From the NCBI GenBank assembly GCA_977017645.1, contig OZ360238.1, positions 63,178,001 through 63,242,000 of the forward strand: a DNA stretch of 64,000 nt. Direction: 5' to 3'. Source of the DNA: Torpedo marmorata (Eukaryota). Positions 13,001 through 25,228 of this stretch are shown here, piece by piece (position 1 is the stretch's first letter; each line of letters begins with the position of its first letter). A program made the translations under genes and the position numbers. A model generated the notes under the pieces. That model ran no database searches, was not told where the DNA came from, and saw nothing but the letters and a program-made list of their open reading frames with translations.

Positions 13001-15799
13001 TTCCAAAACTGATAATAGTTGATATAGAAAGTAAATAAAGCGTGGATTTCTTCTGTTCCTTCCACCTAGTTTCAGGGAGGTAGGGGAACCAGTAGATCAA
13101 TACCACCATGTCTTGCACGAAGTTCCCTGCAGCGGCTCCATTTCTCACCCTGGACGTTGATGCTAACTATCAATAACAATAACAGCCTGTCGCAGACAGA
13201 ATTAAGGTACTCTGTCCTGCGTATGTGTCTGGTGGCTGTAGATAAACATCTTGTGCCCAAGACTGCAACAAATAAAACGTTTGAAAAGCTTTGACCCCTG
13301 ATCATTATTTCATGTGTAAGCTTTTGCTGTCATTTCCTAGCGCACAAAAAATTAAACACATTTGTTGCTTGTAGCAAAAAAATTTAAACGTTCAAAATGC
13401 ACGCCAGGCGGCTGCGTTTGGAACGCTAGCGACAGGAAATATGGAAATGTGGACAAGTCTGTTTTATGTGGTCCGTTTTCAATTAACATATGCATTTATA
13501 AATAGTGACAATCTGTCATCTAAAATATAACATAGCGCTTCCATAAAGGTGAATGCGTTATTATCTTCCACAGGTGGGTTGTCAACTGTAAATCTGTAGT
13601 TAATCATCTTAAAGTATGTCTATCAATAAGTGTTAAAGGACAGCACTAGTGGGTTGCTGACAAACAGGTCAAACAAAAGCCATCAAACGTGTTAAGAAAC
13701 AAATCGAGTTAAAATGTTTCACCTCATCTGGTTACAAGGTTAGCAGATTTCTCTAGATTCGCCCTCATACCCTCTGGACATTCTGAAAAATCAGGATCAT
13801 TTTTTTGGCTGCTGCTTTATTAAGTTGGCGCCCTTGACTGACCCATATTGCTGATGATTCAATTATGCGGTGAGAACCTCTGTTCATGAACAATGATCAA
13901 TTATACAATGTCAGCAATAATCAAGGGTGATTCAATTGTGTTCCCTCCTTGTATCGATTATTAGTAAATAAATCACTCTGTGGGATGATGGCTGATGTTC
14001 CACGTTGTAGTGCCCCCGTCAGACCACACTGGACAGTTTGAACATCAGAAATCAGAGGTTGCACCGATCAGAATTAGAAACACCCGGTTTTTAGTTTCCA
14101 ACACAAGCAATGCTGCAGAAAAATAACTCTCTTGTCGAAATAAACTTGCATTTTTTTATCCACAAGAATATTTCTCAGGAATCCTTCAAACATTCCAACC
14201 CTTGGAACCCCACGGAACTCATTATTCTACGATGTATGGTACTGTTATAATGCAGTTTTTTTTAAAAACTTGTTAAGTATGAAACACATACATCTATTTG
14301 TTCACCATGAAGATTGCCGAAGTCAACAAATGTCGAAGAAAAAATGTTTCCCACTGGACTATTTATGCAACAAATAAAAGTCAATTATGAACAAATAAGC
14401 TGCTCCAGATATAAAGTATAGCTTGGTGAGTTTATTATTGTCGTGTTTTTCAATGAACGTTTGTAAATTCCTGTGAATATTATTACAATCTAATTGCATT
14501 TAGATTTTAAGGCTTAAATTTTTTGCCCTGGAGAATTACATTTTGATAATCTTTCACTAGAAGATCATACCCTATTTACAGTCGCATCAACACACTAAGA
14601 TCAATTAACTCAAATTTGATTTTGCCAACTCAGGATCTTATATATTAGAATCAGTACAGTTTATCAAGGGTGTATTACAAGTCAAACCACATTTTTGGTG
14701 TGTGAGAGGATTCTTAAATTATGATATGACACTTTATTAACTAATTTGATTTAAAAATATATAAAAATATTAAACAAATATTTTATCGCAAGGCTTTCAG
14801 GGTGATGCGTTTAAAAATGGAAGCGGAGACTCTTGAGTATCCATCACTGACCAAGTGCCTAGTTAAATATTCCGTGAAAAATAATGGCAACTCCAAAAGC
14901 ACCTAACCACATTATTATCTTCATTCTTCAAAATCATCTCTCCGTGATAGCTTCGTTTGTCTTACCAGTAAAATGAACTCCATAAACGTTACAGAAAAAT
15001 CGTCTTATTAAGGAAGAAATAACCATGGTTGAAAGGTGTGTTTAAAAAATGACGTTATTTTAAACAAGCTAACAAATGTAATTAATTATTCAAAATTGCC
15101 TTTTATTTAAAATCGCCAGCATTTATCTTGCAATCTCTTTCTTTCTTTAGTTTAGTTTTGTCGACATTTTTTCTAATGTGGATATTTATGTTATCAAGTA
15201 ACTATTATCTATCGGGGTTTCTTCGGTAATCGTTGAACTGGGAAATTTGACTCTTTATAATGCATGATTCCTGTGTTAAGTGAATTTTACTAATTTGTTT
15301 AGTTCATAGAAGCACACCTCAACATGTTGCATTTAGACATTTTGAAATTTGTCAGCACCTATGAGTTGGAGGCGATGCATCAACAAAAGAGCCGAATTTC
15401 TGAAAGTTTTCTCATGTTGAATGCTGATGACCCGGCTCCGTTAACGATGGTTTCGTAGGATCTGGTCTTGCATTGCTCATTTTATTAAGTATGCAAGGTG
15501 GGGAGTAGAAGGGCGTACTATCAATGGTTTGAAGGCTGCTGCGGAAATGTCCGTTCAATAATTATCATCACTCACTCCTTTTACAGTATTGAAACAAATA
15601 TGGGGGGAACGAATTCAGGAAGATACAGTGCGATACTAAAATGGATACAGTACATCAGTGAACATGAAGTTGACATGGATATTTGACAGGCATAATTCCC
15701 CTGCAACGTTTCCAAAGCACAACTTGGGTATAAATTACTGTGCAAGAAATTCCAAAAGGTCCATTGATATGTCGCACTGATCAATAATGTACTTTGTTG

Positions 15800-17158
15800 C
15801 AGTCTCACACATCTTCAGTCGCGTGAATGTATCAATTCGTTCGTGCGATCGCACAATTTGTGCGAGATATTCCAGCGGTGGAACGTGGTCGTCAACCACC
15901 CCCACCTTTCACATACATTATCAATATCATTACAGGTAGAAGGCACGTTTCGTTAAAAAGTGCTCGTCAGTGGCTGAACTCACTAAAATGGTGAGTTCTA
16001 GCCATGGCGACGCCGTCTCCCCTGCAAACATAACAGAATTTGATAGTAATCGCGGGATTGCACGACTGAGAGCTCAAGTAACTACTGACTCCCTCGGCAA
16101 CCCCTGACTGACAGTTGGGAATGCCAATAACTGGCGTATCTAGTGGCGATCGTCAGTGTGTGCGAAGAGCCAATGCGAAGAGCGAGGGGCAGCGTGGCTT
16201 CGGTGTTGCAGGCGGACCTTCGGGGCAGGATCAAGCTTGTGACAATTGTTTAACTTCCAAACTCGGGTGAAAGTCCGCAGTAGTTTTATTTCAAGTTTGC
16301 TTTTGCTTTCCGTGTTGGGAGATTTTTAATGTTAGAGGTGTATTTGTTCGGCAGAATGGCGAATGCCACTCGATGCATGATCATTTCAATCAAAACAAAA
16401 CACAGCACCGATGCAAAAGATCAGAGTGCAGCCGAGCGCATGCACGATTTCGCAGCAAGTGGCTCACGACAATGGGCAGACAGCGCTGCCTGGTCGCGAA
16501 TCGGAGCGATTGGCAGGCGAACGCCGCATCCCATGTCGGCAAAACGCACGGGTCCTGCCTCTGCACCGCGATCAGCTGTTCCGTGCCCACGCTGCCCACA
16601 CTTCGGGGCAAGTAGCAACCCGACCGACACTTGTCATGTGTCCGAAAGAAAATCGCTCTTAATACTTCCCCCCATCCCCGCCCGGGCAGAAAGAAGGAAT
16701 TGGGAGAAGCCATGTGCATTCAATGCATTGAACTTAAAAGTGCAACTGTGTAAACACATTTTGAGGTCTAAAGTAGCCCTAGCAACCAGGCGCGTGTAAA
16801 AGGCAATGTGGCTGTGAGTGTGTTGCTAAGGGCTGCAGTATCCAGGGGCCGGGGCCCCGCGCTCCCACATTGACGCGCAGCCACTCATTGGGCGAGCGCC
16901 CGGAGACCGGGTCCCAGAGCCAGAGCGCGCCAGCAAATCACAAGCTAATTGATTAAGTCGAGTAATTTGAATAGTCTTTAAGCCGCGCCTGGAAACGTGC
17001 CAATCGGCTTTCAAGAAGCGGATGATTAATCGCAATGCATTATTGATAATCATAATTATACCCCACACATGCGCACTGAAGGCGGCAGGGTCAATTTCCG
17101 TAATTTTGCAACTCCAGAATTTGTAATTTTTTATTCGCTTGCTGATGTATCAACCACC
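15800..17158 (+). promoter_or_regulatory. CpG-rich SALL1 promoter / 5' UTR region
   Basis: High CpG density directly upstream of the ATG; CCAAT boxes at 16887-16891 (reverse) and 17000-17004; TAAT-rich blocks 16944-16957 and 17021-17060; NRF1-like CACATGCGCAC at ~17066-17076. The TSS cannot be determined from sequence alone. Confidence 0.75.
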
Positions 17159-17231
17159 ATGTCGCGTCGGAAGCAGGCGAAGCCGCAACACATCAAGTCG
17201 GATCAGGATACAGTATTATCTGCAGAGAATG
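17159..17231 (+). CDS. SALL1: Spalt-like transcription factor 1, coding exon 1 (NuRD-binding N-terminal motif)
   Basis: Kozak-like ACCACC-ATG; MSRRKQAKPQHIKSD matches the SALL/FOG N-terminal motif; donor G|GTGAGT at 17231/17232, phase 1. Confidence 0.95.
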
Positions 17232-20200
17232 GTGAGTCTGATTGTGAGTAAAATCTCCCAAAGTTTGAAAAGGGGAGATTTCTGCAGTTGGGAGGCTTGA
17301 AATTAACACGATTTAGCAATTAACACGCTGCCTCTTGTTTGGAGGCTCTGCTACTAATTGTGCAGAAGTGACGATCTGCTCGCAACCACACTGATACACA
17401 CAGAGATGAGCAGAGATGGGGGGGGGAAGCACTTAATGTGATTGAGCCTTTGGCTGTATTTTATTTTTTTTTCTTTCCCCTCCTCCCCCACTAACCCCCC
17501 TCCCTCCCTCCCTCCCACCCCCACCCCCCCAAAATAAAAGTTTAATTTCGTACCTTTGTAGGAGCGTGAAAGGAATCTGGTCCAGCGCAGCACATGTGGA
17601 ATCCAAGTATCTATCACGTCTTCCAAAGTCTCCCTCTAGGTTCGCTGGTGGATTTAAATGGCAGTATTCAGCTGAAATAACGCTGAATGTTTTGATGGAA
17701 AGGAGCCCGCGACCGTAGGCAAGGTTTAAAAATAACCTGCCTGTAATGATGGCAGCGCTGTTGTGTATCCCAATGTGACTGAAGTCACTGGGAGCCGCGC
17801 ACCTTGTTTAGGGGAGAAAAGTTCGCTCGGTGACTGCCGCTCTGCATGGCAGAGGGAGAACGCGGACTTTGTGAGTTATGAAGGCGAAGGAAATCAGCGC
17901 AGAAATTGGTGAGAAGGAGCGAGAGCAAAAAAATAACGAGCATTTGCGGAGAGTTAAAGGCAACGAGATTTTGAGAGACAGACGCGGAAATGACACCGTT
18001 GTTTGGCCTTTTTAAAATCTAGAATCGGGATGGTTTAGTACATTTTCACAAAAAAAAATACGTAGTCTATACGAGAAAGTTCCTGCTCTTCGTCTCAGCG
18101 TTGTACTTAAATGTAAAATGTTCTTTGAGTCCAACTCATTCGTGAGCTTTAGACGATCTGGAAAATAATTAGTTGATAATTCGTACGTCTTTTTATTCTT
18201 TTTTGAAAGACGGTTTCACATTGGAGAAAAAATGTAAAGCTTTAGACCATTTGTTTAAAATACCAAAATTAACTTGCTGTATATTTTGTACATTGTTGAG
18301 TTGCTAAATATTTATTATCTGGTTTTTCACTAGAAAGAAAAGATCGGGCTGTAAAAAAAACAGATAAGTAGAAAATGATTTTGTTCGCAATTGCCAATCC
18401 TGTCGTTTCGGAGGAGACTGGTTATATTTCGTAGCCCCGGGGTTAGGAAGCACCTTTGACTTGTTTCCAAACACTTTAGGACGATTTTTGGACGATAACA
18501 AGTCCGCTATGCAAACTCCACGATTGCTCACCCCGTTACAAAAAAAAAACAACAAATTGCACTATTAGGGAATTTGCAGGAGCTGACGTGCCAGTTCGGA
18601 TGTGTGTGACTCATCCTGATCTGTGAATAGAGCACACAGAGCACTCAGCCTCCTGGATCAGCCAGAGATTTACTATTAAACCAGCCCAACAACACTCAAG
18701 CAGGGTTATTCATTAAACACTGCTATCAGTGCAAAACTGCTTGAACATAGGTATGTATCCTTCACTTTTCCACAAAATTTTAATTGTTTAAAGGCAATTA
18801 ATATTGTATAAACTGTAAATATTTTCCTGGAAACCCTTCAAAATTGTTTTGTTTGTCTCAAGTAAATGGAGATTTTAATACTTCCCTTATAAACTTAATG
18901 TTGAGATAGTGGAAAGTCAGTTATACTTGTGGATTATAGGTCATGTAAGGATAGATTTGCTCCATATAGTTTTACAGGTACAGTAGAAGCAAAATGTACT
19001 AAAGGACTTGTGTTGCAGTGTGTTGGAACTTCTAGTGCATTTTTAACTCATTTGAAGTGGTAGGTGATGTAATTTATGGATGGAAAAATGAAGAAGTTTA
19101 TAGATTATGCAGTTTGGGAATTCTTAAATCTAATATCTTCAAATATGAAATTTATCAGATGTCCCTGACCATTATTTTGTTGTGTGTATCTACAAAGTGC
19201 ATCATTACAAAATCTCAGGCATAAATACTGATTGAAAATAAGTCCTCTTATCAAAAATATTTCAGTAATTTTGTTTTTTGATGACATTTTAGCAATTGAG
19301 ACCTTTTTCAAGTTTGATTATTATTGGTTGAAACCCAAGTAGTCTCATCTAACTTGCTTCATAGTAGAGTTGCAGGACAGAAAGCGATTTTTGGGAGTTT
19401 CTCTCCAAAGACTAACAAAGAGAGAAAGCTAACAATTTGGACCCTGCATAATCTGAAGAACATGCTTACAATGATCAGTTTCGTAACTTTCTGTAAATAT
19501 TTTTTTTTTGCTTTTTGTCTTTTTGAACTAGTTTGGATTAAACTAAAATAATTTATTTATTGTTAAAAATCATTTGATACGTAAACTTTACAGAAATCTG
19601 GGTGAAAATACATTTTGCTAGTGTTGTTTTCGGTGTATTTCTAGGGTATTGGCACATCTATGTAAACGTGAGTTTTTGCACTCTCAAGTAGCATCTGAAG
19701 TCATTTTGCAGCAAGTATGCATTGTTCTTAGCAATATTATTAAAACGGAAGATAAAAATCAACATTTTACTGGATTGATTATCTAGAATTATTTTTGCAG
19801 AAATATGGCATTGGAAATATTGTTCTAGCATTAATGATGAATCAAATGTTTCGTTTGTTGCTGCAAAATGGGGAGCTCATGGGATATTTACTGATTATTC
19901 GATAAACAGTGTAGACAAAAATCTAGAGATTTTGTCTATTTTTTTCTCTCGCTCTACCGTAAATAAACTATTGGTGCTGCCCGTATTTATCCCGGCACTG
20001 TTGTAAACATTGATGTGTGGATCGTAACGTTGGAGGCGACGAAGTACTTAATAGTGTTTCTGCTGTTTTAACCTTTGCCGGCCTCCTTCCATACTAAGGT
20101 GACGAGAGTTCATAATACAAGATGTACTTCAGTATCTTTGAATTGACCCTAGAAATCAGTTCCTCTGCCAGCCTAGCAGGATATCAGCCGTTTGTTTCAG

Positions 20201-22029
20201 ATTTAACCTTATCAGTGCTACACGAACCACTAAGCCGTTCCCCCTTTCCCCTTAAATGCCAGACCCCTGATGAGGTGATTGACGGCTAGTTCCCACGGCA
20301 GAGTTTTACTTTACCTACAACAGGGATTTGGTTTCTTGTCACATTGCCAATGTTTATGCTTGTATGTAGCCCAAAGCAGAAATACTTTGACGTGTGAGTG
20401 GGACAGTTGGGACTGAAGTTTTCCTCATTTCGCTGTCGCAACCGGTACCCCATCTAGTGTTCATTCTGATGCACCCATATTTTCAGCTGACTGCTGGGTT
20501 TATTTCATGAGTTTTGCCCACAAGCAAGCAAATCATTGCAGTTTCGGTATAAATTTTTAATATGGGTTCAGAGTTATAATCGATTTAAGATCTATTGTAA
20601 AATGTTGCAGTTTACTTAAAACGATACGTAACAAATTTGTTAAAGATCTTCAATTTTGAAGTTACGAAATGCGAATTGTTTTAACATACCTAATATTTGA
20701 GCCGCAGTTATGCTTAATAATTACCAAATTTTATAATTGGATAGTTGTTAAAAGTGGATTAATAATTTGTTTGATTTATACGCAGAATACCTGCAGCAAA
20801 AATGAAGTACATACACAATAGTGTCTTTCTGCGATTGATTATTGGGTTTCATTTCTGTACATTCGTTATTTCTTAATGTAAAATTCCAAACATTCAGAGG
20901 GTCCTATAGCAATAAATATTTAATAAATAAAAAACACTAAAAGGAGTATTTTGTATAAGGCATTGCATGGACATTTTTATAAGATGATTATAGTTTTTTG
21001 TTAAATACTCTTTAGTTCTCCATATTTTGTTTGAACGAAAATAGAAGTTTCTGAGATCTTTGAAAATTGTAATTTGAATTATATCCATATTTTGTTGTAA
21101 TTCATAAATCATGAAGGGCTAGAAACTAAATTAGAGGCTGTATTTTGTTGATGATTACTGCTGTACTGTGCTCTGACATTGTGACTTTAATATCAGCTTT
21201 GGTTCATATTTTATTTTTACACGTTTCTTTTATAAAAATGAAATTAGATAGGTATTATCTAATGGAATTAACATTCAGTATTGCATAATTTTACTAATAT
21301 GTACAGTTCATGTGAAGCTTGTGGGTCTGTGCTTCAGATTTTTTCATGAGTCACAGAGCTGAAGTGGATGTTATTTCCCACAGTAGTTAATTTAGTTTGC
21401 ATTAGTAATTATTTGTTTAAGCACAGCTGACCAATTAAACCAGTTTCAAGATTGCCAAGCACAAAAAACTGCAGATGCATTGTTTTGAGGAAAGACATAA
21501 AGTTGAAAAGCATTTTTTTGGCAAAAGATTACAACTTTTTAATGGGCTATGTATTTTCCATACATTTAGGATTTCTGCTAAATTCTCTTTGAAAATAGTT
21601 CATAATGAGTGTGACATGAGTGTTAAAGAAATTTGACACCCTTCACAACTATTTATTTGGCAGATGAACTAAAGGTTGAACACTGGTGTATAAATTATTC
21701 AATATATGAACCAAGTAATTAGGAAAATGCATTTCGTGTTAGTACAGATGGTCTGTGTATTTCCAAAACTTCAAAATTGAGCCCAATTACAAACCATTAA
21801 TTTATTTTGCTGTTTTATTGTTCCTTGAGCCATTTTGTTTTGTTTTCCTTTCTAAAGGTTTACCTATATTTCAGAATAGTACAGAGGAATTTGTCTTGTG
21901 CAATTCTTCTCACCTCTCTAAAAACATGGAGATTTTGAATTTATCTTTATGTAACAATGCAAATAACTGGTAAAACTTTTAAAGTAAAGAGTGCAGCAGG
22001 TCACAGAATTACAACTTTGTACATATTAA

Positions 22030-22700
22030 ACAGATTGTACTCCAGGAGATGACATTAATAGCCATTGTTTGGATGTAGTCGGGCCACTTGGGCAGTTTGG
22101 CAAGTGAGCTACATTATTTCAGATGATCTTCGCCATATCTGAAATTAATTATGCCTGTTCTTTGCTATGGACTTGGATTTTGATGTCATGGCAACCTTTT
22201 ATTATCTAATTCTGTAGTAAAGGGAAACATGCAGGGAGATAATCCCTGAATTAAAACAAGATCAGCTTTCTGTGCCTTCCCTGATGCCCACACACCATTG
22301 TGAGACAGAAGTTTGCTGTCCTCATGCTGAGCAAACAATAGGGAGCCATCCTGTCCTTGAAAAGGATGAAGTGGTTTAAGAGTGCTGAGATTTTTTGTTT
22401 GTTTGCAAATTAATCCGCAGTGTGATGAGAAATGCAAGCAACCAGTGTGAATGAGAAAGGAAGTTAAAGGGTTTTTTTTCCCAGTGAATGGTCTGAATGG
22501 GGACAATTTGCTTATCAATAAATCAGGTTTTGGAACTAAATGTTTCAAATTAACACAAATATTTCCAACTGTGGAGCCTATGTGTTTGTCAAAGATTAAT
22601 CCAGAATTTGGCTCTGCTAAGTACTGTATACCTCCAAAGCCTCTTTGAATTAGTTTAACCAATTTAATACACAAGATTAAATCAGTCATTGCACAGTGTA
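22030..22700. promoter_or_regulatory. Candidate conserved intron-1 enhancer
   Basis: Repeat-free, motif-dense block: three TAATCC (OTX/PITX type), SOX-type CATTGT/AACAAT, RFX-like CATGGCAAC, TCF-like CTTTGAA. Conservation is inferred, not computed. Confidence 0.5.
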
Positions 22701-25228
22701 ACCTTTTTCCATTGTACTTGTTTCAGTGCTCAATTTTAAGATAATTTGTTATCAGATATCATTCTCTTTTAGCGTTGACTTACTTAGTTTTTAGGAAGTG
22801 AAGTGAATTTATAATTGTAATGCAAGTTGATCGAACAGTTGCAAAAATTAAATGGTTTGAAACTGAAAATAACAATGCAACATTTTTGTTACCTTTTTGC
22901 TGGTTTTCTTTGCATGTAACGATTTTGGTATTTAATCAGGCACCCATATTTTTGATAATTAGGTGTAACCCAATAGTTGGGTTTCTGACTACAGTATTAT
23001 CAGATCTAAATTGGTTTGGGAGGCAGCTAGTATAAAGGCAATGTATTTACTCTCTTGGCATCACCTAATGATATAGCTGAGACTTGACTGAGGATTCCAC
23101 ACCACTGTAGCTGCATGGGTTTTGTATGCCATTTATATTTTTTTTAACAGTTCTCGCCCAGTGGGCATAAATCACTTGCTAACATATTGGCACTGCAGGA
23201 AATTTAAAAAAAAATAACATTGGTACACTGTGGTCCTTTTCGGAGTTTGGAAAATTATATCTTGGAGGAAAATTTTGGTCTGCTGGGCATATGAAAGGTG
23301 TACTATTTCTTTATCAATATGCAAAATTTTGCTACACCTAGTGCACAGCTACACCATATTCAGTCAGAAAAGTAAAGTGATGTTTATTTTATATCTGAGT
23401 GTATAGTATTCATATTAGTAGAAATAAGGATAAGTGTACCATTTTACATTACTCAGTGTGAGTGCAATACTTATTGGGGAGGAAGTTTTGCTTCAGTGAC
23501 TTTCAATCATGTAGCCAAGCAAGATGGATTTTGACACCGATACTTCTGTATTGCTCAGTAGTTGGTATCTTCTTGATCTCAGCTTGGCCTGAGTGATATG
23601 GAGAATTCATCCACATTTCATTATTCATGCAATCACAAGTTAACACTCAAGTGTGAATCATAATCACACTGGGAAAAGAAATGTTTAGTGAGACTCCTTG
23701 AAATTGTAGTCATTTATTCTTTGAAAAATTTGAATAGTTATGTAGCACCATTGCAAGAATAACTACTTTTCAAAGTACATCTTTAATCATAAAGAGATTT
23801 GGGGGCTTCTGGGGCCACGAGAGGAACTAAATATTGCATGATTTTTATGATAAGTTGCATTAAGATCTGCTATATTTTTATTCATACCAACTTCCCAAAT
23901 AAATATATTGAAGAAATATTTATTTAATTCTTAAAGAGAAATTATTTCATTTGTGGCAGGAATTCCTAAATGTTCTACACCATGGAAGTAAACTGATCTT
24001 AATACATCATACAACTATTTCCATATTATAACTTGAAACTTAATCTTGTAGCTCAGTTATTTTCTTGAATTCTACTTCTGCAGGGTGCTTTACCGAACTG
24101 TTCCATGAAAACACAGAAATATGCCTTTGGTTGTAAATGGAGCCTTTGATCTTTTTGCATGTCTCCAGCCATTAAAGGGTACAAACACAGTGAATTAATT
24201 GCAATGCTGGTGTCCCTTCTTAACACGCATGTTGTCAGATTGAAAGGGTCAGAGGTCTACAGCAACTTAAATGTTGTAGTTTTACAGTCAGATATCCCAA
24301 GTGGTCCATCAGCTCTGTTCAGCTACCAATGTATAGCAAGAGATGTACATAATCTTGCTTACCGGTAATTAAATGTCCTCCAAAATATAGTGACATAAAC
24401 AGTACCTTTGAAAGACTGGGGAAGAAGTTAACGACTTTGACACCTCATGATGTTGGCAAAAGGCCTTTTTTTGTGAAGTGGTAAATGATATTAGCATTAT
24501 TTAGAATAGTTGTGTTATTTTTTTTAATTGTCTTTTTAATGAGTTAAGTGTTGTACATATAATACTCCTGTATCAATGACATAAAGGGCATATTTTGACA
24601 TTTAATTGCATTTGATCATTGCAAAATTGTTATGTCTGTAGCTTTTGATTTTAAAAGCTGATGCTTCAAGACCTGGATAATTCGAGAACATTGATTAAAC
24701 TACCAGTATTTGTTAATATATCCCAGTATCTCTTGTTTGCATCAAGTTGACTGGCTTCTTTCACCTGTCAAAAGGCGATTTCCGAATGATTACAACTTGG
24801 TTTAGTGACATGGAGTGAACTGTCAAAGATGTATCTTGTTCTGCTGGAAATTAAGAAAATTGGCAGTTGCTGGAGAGTCTAATGAGTCCTTAAATGTTTT
24901 ATTTGCACTTAGTGGGCAAGGGATATGATGGTATGTATGAAATAGTGGGAAATCAATACTTACTATGGAATTTCATTAGGCCCCAATGTCCATAATTTTG
25001 AGAATTTTATATTTTGATGGATCATATAAGCTACAAGATTTATTGAATGATGGAATCTGAATGCAAATTTAGAGATTTTAATTCAAAGTAAGATCTACAA
25101 TATGCAAACATTGATTTCCACCCCCGCCACCAACCTTTCCTTTCCTTTCCTGAAGTTTGTGCCCCATATTTGATGGGAGGTTTTACATATTCTTGATGAC
25201 TAACTTCATATCCATTTGGATTTTCTAG

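Noticed and set aside
16329-16799. Cluster of 70-156-aa ORFs upstream of SALL1
   Set aside because: Expected in GC/CpG-rich promoter DNA; low-information peptides on both strands with no domain.
25216-25228. ORF-track start of the 1155-aa ORF (MDFLG..) as the true SALL1 start
   Set aside because: It is a TTG in intron 1 overlapping the splice acceptor; the real start is the exon-1 ATG at 17159.
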